In this document: in pieces, positions 21,592-29,771 of the stretch
How positions within the stretch are numbered: the first letter of the stretch is position 1
How the letters are laid out: every line of letters begins with the position of its first letter
Assembly (NCBI GenBank): GCA_963751345.1
Contig: CAVVUS010000024.1
Location: 1 to 64,000 of the forward strand
From: an uncultured Chloroflexia bacterium
Lineage (GTDB): Bacteria > Chloroflexota > Anaerolineae > B4-G1 > SLSP01
Length of the DNA stretch: 64,000 nucleotides
Reading direction: 5' to 3'
The notes under the pieces: generated by a model
Databases searched by the model: none
Seen by the model: the letters and a program-made list of their open reading frames with translations, nothing else
What the model was told of the DNA's origin: nothing
Program-made: the position numbers and the translations under genes

Positions 21592-22564
21592 CGCAACGAT
21601 GGCCGACCTGAAGATCCTGGCCTACCTGGCGGCCTACCACGCGAGCCGGGTGCTTGCGGGCGTCCAGTGGGCGCTCTTCGATCAGTCGCAGGACCTCAAC
21701 GCACTCGACGCCGCCATCGATCACGAGCGCGAGGCCGTCGCCGCGTGGGAAAAGCTCGTCGAGGCCGCGGGCGACGTCTACACCGACGATCTCAAGATGG
21801 GGCTGCCGGAGGCAGGGCTCTCCGGCCACTGGCGCGACGAATTGGCCGCCCTGCGGCAGGGGCTGGTGGAGCTGGAAGCGACGCGCGAGGCCTTCCGCCC
21901 GCCTGCGGCGGACGATCTCCCCTGGATCGCCCACGTGCCGGTACGGAAGGCCGCGCCGGGCCACGACGTCGTCCTGCGCGCGACCGTCGGTGGTCTCGAT
22001 AGGGCCCCCGCAGCCCGCGTCTGCTTCAGCTCGGACAAGCGGCCGGAGACGTGCATACCGATGCAGCCCATCGGTCCCTGGCGCGTCGAGGCGGTCATCC
22101 CAGCCGAGGCCGTCGCACCCGGTCTGAACTACGTTCTGGAGGCCACACCTTCCGAGGGTCCGGGTGAGAGAGCAGGGCAAACCGCGAGCCCACCCGCGAC
22201 CATAAAACGGATCGCCATCGTCGTCAGCGACGACGCAGACCCACCCGAGATCCGCCACACGCCCATCACCACGGCGCCGTCAGGACAGCCGCTCACGATC
22301 TCGGCCACGGTCCGCGATCCCTCTGGGGTCGCGTGGGTGCGCCTTCGCTATCGCAACGTAACCCAATATGAGGACTACGAGACGCTGGAGATGGTGCCGA
22401 CGGGCGAACCCGATACCTACGCCGCCACCGTGCCCGGCGAGGCGGTCGGCCCGCGCTACGACTTCATGTACTTCATCGAGGCGATGGACGCCGCCGGCAA
22501 CGGCACGATCTACCCGGATCTGGAGACCGAGACACCGTACGTCGTGGTGCGGCTGGAGAGGTAG
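19846..22564 (+). CDS. Large GH-like protein, copy 2 (lacks first ~32 codons, complete C-terminus with Ig-like domains), frameshifted
   Basis: ORF fragments 20127..20774, 20901..21611, 21376..22002 and 21569..22564; C-terminal PPEIRHTP...YFIEAMD Ig-like module. Confidence 0.7.
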
Positions 22565-22612
22565 ATAACCAAGTCCTGAGCGTGGAGCATTCAGCTCGAT
22601 CAACACGAGCGG

Positions 22613-22746
22613 TGTCATCCTGAGCGGGTCATGCATGCTGACCACAATGCAGACCATCACAGCGAAGGATCTTTGTCCTGAAGGCTGAGATCCTTCGCTG
22701 GAACACGCTGTCCTGCAGGCAGTCCGCGAGACCCGCTCGGATGACA
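22613..22746. repeat. Nested palindromic element TGTCATCCTGAGCG...CAGCGAAGGATCT...AGATCCTTCGCTG...CGCTCGGATGACA
   Basis: Outer ~17-bp and inner 13-bp inverted repeats; a partial relative lies at 53666..53718. Confidence 0.8.
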
Positions 22747-22785
22747 ATCAACCCTACCGTGGAATACTCGGCGAAAGGAAAGGGC

Positions 22786-24479
22786 ATGACCCTACTTACA
22801 AATCACCTAGGCTTCGTCCCCAGCGCCGCCAAGGCCTGCCTGCTGGGCGGACCGCTGGAGACCGGGTTCGTCGTCCGCGACACGGCAAGCGGCGAGATCG
22901 TCTTCCGCGGCGACCTCACCCGCGTGCCGAGCGACTTTGGCGTCTACACCGTGGGCCGCTTCGACGCACTGACCACGCCCGGCACCTACGTCGTCGAGGC
23001 GGCGGGGGAGCGCTCGCACCCCTTCCGTATCGCGCCCGACGTCTACGACGCCACGCTCCGGCAGATCGTCGGCTACTTCACGCTCCAGCGCTGCGGCGAC
23101 ACCGACCGCGGCTGGAACGGCCCGTGCCACCTCGACGACGGCGTGCGCGGCGACACGCTGGCCCACCAGGACGTCACCGGCGGCTGGCACGACGCCTGCG
23201 ACCTGCGCAAGTGGGTCGAGGCGACGCTCTTCGGGATGCTGGGGCTGGGACAGGTCGCGCTGGCCAGCGGCGCGGACGCGGACGTGCTCGACGAGCTGCG
23301 CTGGGGCAACAGCTACTTCCTCAAGATGCAGGAGCCCGCGGGCTACATCATGAACTACGTCGGCGGCGACTACTTCGTCCACGCCGACAACAACCGCTGG
23401 ACCGACAACGTGATCGATGGGCGCGACGACCGCAACGGTCATTCCGACGACCGCAACGGTCATTCTGATGACCGCAACGGTCATTCCGACGACCGCGTCA
23501 TCGACGTCCGCCCGTGCCACACGCAAGCGCAGTGGCGCTTCGTGATGGCCGAGGCGACGATGGCCGGGCTCACGCGCGACGCGGACCCGGACTACGCCCA
23601 GACGTGCGAGGCGGCGGCCCGGCGCTGCCTGGCCTGGCTGCGGCGGAGGGGCCGTACGCACACCGCCGGCCAGTTGGGGGAGGCGATCGGGGCGCTGCTG
23701 GCGCTGCACGCGCTCGACGGCGAGGCGGCGCTGCTCGACCAGGCCGTGGCCTATGCCGGACAATTGCTCGCGCTGCAGGTCACCCGGCCCGTGGACAGTC
23801 GCTCGCCCGGTCTGGGGCTTCTTCTGGGAGCGCCGCGATCCCGGCCAGGCGCCGATGTCGCTGGAGCCCTTCAAGGCGATCGCGGAGGGCTGCTGGCCGC
23901 TGCTCGGGCTGACGCTGCTGCTGGAGACGGCCCCCGACCACCCGCAGGCCGACGCGTGGCGCACGGCCGTGGCGAGCTTCTGCGGCGACTATCTCGCGCC
24001 GATGGCGGCCCGCAACGCGTTCGGGATGGTGCCCTTCGGGCTCTACCGGCGTCGCCGTGGGCGGCGACCGCCAGCTCGGGAAGTTCTGGTATCGCTGGTT
24101 CATGGAGGCCAACCCCGACTGGTACGTGGGCATCAACGCCAACCTCGCCTCGACCGGCGTGGGCCTCGCCAAGGCGGCGCGGCTGCTCGGCAAGCCCGAA
24201 TGGGCGGCGCTGGCCCAGCGGCAACTCGACTGGATCCTGGGCGTCAATCCCTTCGACGCCAGCACCGTGATGGGCGCGGGCTACAACAACCCACAGCACA
24301 TGTTCGGCGGCGAGTTCTACCCGCCCACGCCCTTCCTGCCCGGCGCGGTGATGAACGGCATCAGCGGCAACGAGGACGACGAGCCTCAGCTCCGGCCGGG
24401 TCAGTGGCAGGAGACCGAGTATTGGACGCCGATGGTGGCATTCACGATGTGGCTGATGGCAGAGTTGGGGCAGGGATAG
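22786..24479 (+). CDS. GH9-family glycoside hydrolase (Ig-like N-domain, no signal peptide), frameshifted
   Basis: LTNHLGF, LQRCG, DVTGGWHDACD, DELRWG, WILGVNPF, WQETEYW. Confidence 0.82.
23425..23496 (+). repeat. In-frame 21-bp tandem repeat, 3.4 units, encoding (DDRNGHS)3-DDR
   Basis: Unit GACGACCGCAACGGTCATTCC with two synonymous variants. Confidence 0.95.
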
Positions 24480-24491
24480 ATTGCGGGGAGT

Positions 24492-24538
24492 GGGGACAAG
24501 GACGAGGGCCTGTCCATCCGGCTCTCGTCCTTGTCCCC
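24492..24538. terminator. Long hairpin between convergent genes (bidirectional terminator candidate)
   Basis: GGGGACAAGGACGAGGGCC / GGCTCTCGTCCTTGTCCCC. Confidence 0.65.
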
Positions 24539-24568
24539 CTGGTCTTGGTTACCGCAGCGGGTCCTGCG

Positions 24569-25545
24569 TCACTCCGTGGCCAGGATAAGGTCACTGCAGA
24601 GGTCGCCACAGCGTGCGACGACGTCGAAGATGTCGTCGATGGCAGGCTCCACCGTGGTCGACCTTCGAGCCATCATCCAGGTAGAGGGTCACCGTCAGCG
24701 CGTGCGTCTGGAAGACCTGGGTCACGCGCCCATCGAGGACCATGGCGACGGCGGCATCCCACGCCACGATATCGCTGCCGGACGTGACGGGCCTGTCGTT
24801 CTCGAATCGCACCGCGCTTCCGTCGGCGTTCGTGCGCGCGACGTATTGCGCGCCATTCGCCGCCATCACGACCCGATATCCCGGTGTGATGACCGTCGCG
24901 CACATCTCACCTTGGCCGGCAAGCCCGAGACAGGCATCCGACCATTCCTGGCTCGGCACCTCGATTCGCTGGATATCGGACAGCGCCACGCCCGTCTGCT
25001 GCACGAGCGCATCGCGGGCCGCGTCATACGCGCGATCTTCGCCACGGACGGGACTGACGACCTCCGGGGTGGGCGTGACGGATGCATCGCCATAGATCGC
25101 TGCCTGCGTAGACGTCGGCGGCAAAGGCCTGAATTGCCTGACGATCGGCCTCCGAAGCCTCCTCTGTCCCTTGCCCTACGAACGTGACCTTGATCGTCAT
25201 CGCGTCAGCCATTGCCGGATCCGTCTGATTGACCTCGAATGACTGCAGCCGCCCGATCCAGTCGTCGAGCTGCGCCTGTTCTTCGGCGGTCAAGGGAGCC
25301 CCTCAGGGCCTCACCCTTGCACGTCTCCGCGATATAGCTGCCATCGGCATTCACGGTGAGGTCGTCGCAGAACCCCGCGATGCCACCCTCACGGTGCCAG
25401 ACCAGGACCGGCCCGCCCCCCGCGTTCGACTTCGCCTGGCGTAGGGCGTAACGATGGGTGTCGCAGTGCAGCTTCCCAGGATGAGTGCGGCGCCCAAGGC
25501 TAGAGCTAGGATTAGGGTCCTCGACGTCTTGTGATGGAGTCTCAT
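24569..25545 (-). CDS. Lipoprotein of unknown function, frameshifted
   Basis: Signal peptide with lipobox LGSC; WSDACLGLAGQGEMCATVITPGYRV domain; fragments in several frames. Confidence 0.7.
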
Positions 25546-25624
25546 GGTTTCGTTATTCCTTTCGTTATCACGATCGCATCTCCGGTGCCGTCGCAACGGC
25601 ATCGTCTATAGCGTCCATACACCA

Positions 25625-25654
25625 TTCAGACGCCAATGACCTCGACGAAGTTCC
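25625..25654 (-). promoter_or_regulatory. SigmaE-type ECF promoter GGAACTT-N16-GTCTGAA
   Basis: Matches the RpoE consensus GAACTT...TCTGA about 80 nt upstream of the lipoprotein start. Confidence 0.6.
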
Positions 25655-25835
25655 ATGGCAACGCGGACTTGCCCCACACCCGATAGGCGAGTACCTCCCG
25701 GGAAGCTAACAAAGGACGCCTCAACACGCAGACTCGAGCCACAGCGCAGGTATCTGCGTCCCGTAGACACCCTATAGCCTCCCGGAAGGTCTGGGCGCAG
25801 CCGCCGGGCGCTGCCTCGATTGCCTCAGGGGCCGA

Positions 25836-25844
25836 TGGTATAAT
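25836..25844 (+). promoter_or_regulatory. Extended -10 promoter TGGTATAAT
   Basis: TGn-TATAAT 30 nt before ATG 25875. Confidence 0.55.
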
Positions 25845-25874
25845 GACGCTAGATCCCCAAGAGGCAGGTGACGT

Positions 25875-26996
25875 ATGAACCATCGCGAGCGCTTCATCGC
25901 TGTTATGGAGTACCAGCCCGTGGACCGCGTCCCCAACTGGGAGCTCGGCGTCTGGGGCCAGACGCAGGATCGCTGGGAGGCCGAGGGGCTCGATCCCACG
26001 TCGCTCCACTGGAACTGGTTCCCGGGTGAGGCCTCGCTGGGGATGGATCCCAAGGAGTTCATCTACTTCTGCGGCGATCCGCTGCCGCGCTACGAGGTCG
26101 AGGTCTTCGAGGAGGACGAGCGGATCATCGTCTTCCGCGATGAGAAGGGAATGACCCGCAAAGGGCTGAAGGAGGGCAGCGCCCACGGCACCCGCGCCTC
26201 GATGGATACCTTCATCGACTTCCCGGTCCACGATATGGCGGACTGGAAGGAGGTCAAGAAGCGCTTCGACCCCACCAGCCCGCAGCGGCTCGAACCCTAC
26301 TGGGACGTCCTCCGCGTCGAGGGGTGGCGCGGACGCACGCATCCGCTGGTCTTCGGCCCCAACTGCACCACCCTGGGCTTCTACTGGTGGGCGCGCGAGC
26401 TGATGGGCACCGAGGGCGTCTCCTACGGGTGGTACGACCAGCCCGCGCTGATGCACGACATCATGGAGCACCACGCCGACTTCCTCATCGAGGGCGCCCG
26501 CCCCGTGCTCGAAAGGACGACCGTCGAGTACGTCTGCCTCAACGAGGACATGGCGATGAAGAACGGGCCGCTGCTGAGCCCGCGGACCTACAAGGAGTTC
26601 ATCTTCCCGCGGATGCGGCGCGTCGTCGACTTCTTCAAATCCCACGGCGTGCGCTATGTGGCGGTCGACACCGACGGCAACCCCGAGGCCTTGATCCCGC
26701 TGCTGATGGACGCGGGCGTCGACATCGTCTGGCCGCTGGAGCGGGCGGCCGACCAGGACCCGGTGCGGCTGCGCGCGAAGTTCGGCAAATCGCTCCGGCT
26801 CTGGGGCGGCGTCGATAAACGGGTCCTGGCGCAGGGACCCGCGGCGATCGACGCGCACCTACAAGCCCTCGTCCCCCTGATCGAGGAGGGCGGCTACATC
26901 CCCATCGTCGACCACACCGTCCCGCCCGACGTGAGTTGGGCCAACTTCCAATACTACATGCAGCAGAAGGACAAGCTCCTGCGCGGAGACCTGTAA
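25875..26996 (+). CDS. Uroporphyrinogen decarboxylase/MtaA-CmuA superfamily protein
   Basis: MNHRERF...VDRVP, EDMAMKNGPLLSP, DTDGN, LWGGVDKR, GGYIPIVDHTVPPDVS. Confidence 0.85.
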   Translation: MNHRERFIAVMEYQPVDRVPNWELGVWGQTQDRWEAEGLDPTSLHWNWFPGEASLGMDPKEFIYFCGDPLPRYEVEVFEEDERIIVFRDEKGMTRKGLKEGSAHGTRASMDTFIDFPVHDMADWKEVKKRFDPTSPQRLEPYWDVLRVEGWRGRTHPLVFGPNCTTLGFYWWARELMGTEGVSYGWYDQPALMHDIMEHHADFLIEGARPVLERTTVEYVCLNEDMAMKNGPLLSPRTYKEFIFPRMRRVVDFFKSHGVRYVAVDTDGNPEALIPLLMDAGVDIVWPLERAADQDPVRLRAKFGKSLRLWGGVDKRVLAQGPAAIDAHLQALVPLIEEGGYIPIVDHTVPPDVSWANFQYYMQQKDKLLRGDL

Positions 26997-27009
26997 GAAG
27001 AACAGTATC

Positions 27010-27080
27010 CCACAGGATCCACAGGATTCGGTATCGGCGACGCGGCGCCTCTGCATCCTGTGGATCCTGTGAATCCTGTC
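27010..27080. repeat. Short-period ACAGGAT direct/inverted repeat element
   Basis: CACAGGATCCACAGGAT ... ATCCTGTGGATCCTGTGAATCCTGT. Confidence 0.75.
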
Positions 27081-27121
27081 CAGGTTCAGCTCCGTGGGGC
27101 CTCGCCTCTCGTCCCTGGCGA

Positions 27122-27150
27122 TTGTGTCCTGTCCCGCTCATCGGTATAAT
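27122..27150 (+). promoter_or_regulatory. Sigma70 promoter TTGTGT-N17-TATAAT for the NMNAT-vWA-PK-like-nadE operon
   Basis: Exact 17-nt spacing and perfect -10. Confidence 0.65.
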
Positions 27151-27207
27151 GGCGGCGAATTTGACCGCGCATTACGTACAGAGGGAATCAAGGACGAGAA
27201 AGAAACC

Positions 27208-27770
27208 GTGGACCCTCACCGATCCTACCGTCGCATCGGCATGATCGCCCGCTGGCGGCCCGTCCATCTGGGACAGGTGCCCGTGCTCCGTGGGCTCTGC
27301 GACCACGCTGACTACGCCCTGATCGGTATCGGCAGCGCCAATCGCTACAACGCGCGCAACCCCTTCACGGTCGAGGAGACCGCCGATATGATCCGCCTGG
27401 TGCTCCGACGGCCGAGCAACTACACGCTGTCCCTGTGGACGACCTCGACGACGGCCCCCGTTGGCGCGCGATGGTCGTCGGGATCTTCGGCCCGCTGGAC
27501 GCCTTCGTCACCGCCAACCCGTATGTGGCCGGCCTGTTGAAAGACGACTACCCGATCCTCCGCCCGGTCGCGCTCGTGCCGACAGAGGACCGCGTCCGTA
27601 TTGACGGCACGATGGTGCGCCGCGCGATGGCCGGAGGCGATGCCTGGACCGACCTGGTCCCAAATGAGATAGCGGCTTACATCAAAGAGCACCGGCTCGA
27701 CGAGCGCTTCCGCCGCGAGTTCGGCTTGGAAACCCTGGCAATGGAGACGGTGCTGGATGTTGGAGGATGA
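27208..27770 (+). CDS. NMN adenylyltransferase-like cytidylyltransferase (NadM type), frameshift ~27430
   Basis: ARWRPVHLGQ (variant of GRFQPxHxGH), IGIGSAN, RNPFT, TANPYV, IDGTMVRR...W..LVP. Confidence 0.8.
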
Positions 27771-27909
27771 CGTCGGGTGTCAGAAGTCGGAAGCCTATCC
27801 GGAAGCCAGCCGGTCTAGGCCGGAGCTGCCCGAATCCGGATCTGGCCTCGGACTTCAAGCAACCAGTATCAACAACCACCACACCTTCCAGTTCCACTCA
27901 AGGAGGCCT

Positions 27910-28868
27910 TATGTATACCTGGGATGAGGACACCAGCGGTTGGTACGGCGCCGCGAAGTACAGGTACGGCACGACCGGCGCGGAGCGCCGGCGCGGCGGC
28001 GACAAGGGCAGCGGCAGCGGCCCGCGGACCTAGCCGAGGAAAGGTGGCCCGAACGAGAAGATCATCGACCCGCGCAAGCGCATCACCACGGGATCGCCCA
28101 ACCCGCTGATCATCGCCGTCGACGTGACAGGCTCGATGGCCAGCTGGCCGCCGAGATCTTCGACCGGCTGCCCCTGCTCTACAACACGCTCGTCCAGTAC
28201 CGCCCCGACCTGGAGATCTGCTTCGCCGCCATCGGCGATGCGGCTGTCGACCAGTGGCCGCTGCAGGTGACGACCTTCGCCAGCGGCTTCGATCTGGAGC
28301 AGCTTCTGGGTTCGCTCTACGGCGAGGGCGGCGGCGGCGACGCGCCGGAAAGCTATGGCCTCTTCGCCCATTGGGTCAACACCCACGTCACGATTCCCCA
28401 GACCGCCGAGACGCCCTTCCTGATCGTCTTCGGCGATGCGCCCATGCACCCCACGATTCCCCAAGAGCAGATCGCCCACTACCTGGGCGACAACATGAGC
28501 CGGGACGTCGACGCCTTCGAGGCCTGGCAGACGCTCAGCAAGCGATGGAACATGTGGTTCCTCCGCCGTCCCACCGGCAGGCCGGGCGATCGCGTGGACA
28601 AGCAGTGGGCGCAGGCCATCCCCGAGCAGAAGATCTTCCACATCCAGGACGAGCAGCGCGCCGTGGACTACGCGATGGGCCTTATCGCCCGCGCCTGGGG
28701 TCACTTCGGGGACTTCCAGGAGAACATGCGCGCCCGCCAGAGCGAGGACAAGGTTGCCGAGGTCAGCGGCTGATCGAGCTCAAGTGCCCCCGCTGCGGCG
28801 CGCCCATCCCCGTCGACGCGCACGGGCTGTTCAAGTGCACCTATTGCGACGCGACGCTGAAGCTATAA
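27910..28868 (+). CDS. vWA-domain protein with C-terminal Zn ribbon, frameshifted
   Basis: RBS AAGGAGG; IIAVDVTGSM (MIDAS), AAIGDA, GEGGGGDAPESY, VFGDA; tail CPRCGA...CTYC. Confidence 0.8.
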
Positions 28869-29758
28869 GACTCCACGCCATCGTCACCGCCCCACCTTAC
28901 GCGCCCTTCCTGGAGGAGGTGGCGCGGCATCCCATCGTCTCGGGGCTGCGGCTCAACACCGTGATGCCGCTGCGCGAGGGGCCGGAGGAGGCACTGGCGC
29001 GGCTCTCCGCCCTCGGGCAGCCGCTCTGGGTCGATCTCAAAGGCCGGCAATTGCGCGTGGTCGGCGCCGCGATCCCGCCCTACTCCGAGGTACGACTGAG
29101 CCATCGCATCAGCGTGCGAACGCCGGTGGACGCCTTCTTCTCCGACGGCACCGAATGCGTGCGCGTCGCTGCCGTCGACGGCGACCGGTTGATCCTGGAG
29201 GACGGCCCCCGGCGCCTGGTCGGGCCGGGCGAATCCGTGAACATCGTCGACACCTCGCTGCAGATCGAGGGCACGCTGACCGAGACGGACCGAACGTACC
29301 TGGCCGCGATGAGATCGCTCGGTCTGAAGCGCGTGATGCTCTCCTACGTCGAGAGCCCTGCCGATGCGAACGAAGTGTGCGATCTGCTCCCTGGCGCGGA
29401 GGTGATGCTGAAGATCGAATCCGAGAAGGGCCTGGCCTACGCGCGCGAGCATGGTGCGGCGCAGGGTCGCCTGATGGCGGCGCGCGGCGACCTCTACGTC
29501 GAGGTGCTGCGCCCGCACCGAATCGTCGGCGCGCTGCGAGACATCGTCACTGCCGACCCCGACGCCGTGGTCGCCAGCCGCATCTTCGACTCGCTGGCAC
29601 GCCATCCGGTGCCGGAGAGCGCCGACATCGGCGACGTGGCCTTTCTGCTGAGCCTTGGCTACCGGACCTTCATGCTCGGCGACCACGTCTGCTTTCAGCG
29701 CGACGCCGTGCTGGAGGCGCTCAACCTGCTGGAAGCCGTCGCAGGGCAATTCCCGTAG
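28865..29758 (+). CDS. Minimal pyruvate-kinase-like enzyme (barrel and B domain, no C-terminal regulatory domain)
   Basis: RLN, DLKGRQLR, LSYVES, KIES, ARGDLYVE, ASRIFDS, ADIGDV and MLGD align in order with PK motifs; apparent start is ATA overlapping the vWA stop. Confidence 0.8.
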   Translation: MRLHAIVTAPPYAPFLEEVARHPIVSGLRLNTVMPLREGPEEALARLSALGQPLWVDLKGRQLRVVGAAIPPYSEVRLSHRISVRTPVDAFFSDGTECVRVAAVDGDRLILEDGPRRLVGPGESVNIVDTSLQIEGTLTETDRTYLAAMRSLGLKRVMLSYVESPADANEVCDLLPGAEVMLKIESEKGLAYAREHGAAQGRLMAARGDLYVEVLRPHRIVGALRDIVTADPDAVVASRIFDSLARHPVPESADIGDVAFLLSLGYRTFMLGDHVCFQRDAVLEALNLLEAVAGQFP

Positions 29759-29771
29759 GCCGATCCTCACG

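Noticed and set aside
23425-23496. Possible CRISPR array
   Set aside because: Contiguous 21-bp units without spacers, in frame within a gene, and no cas genes in the window.
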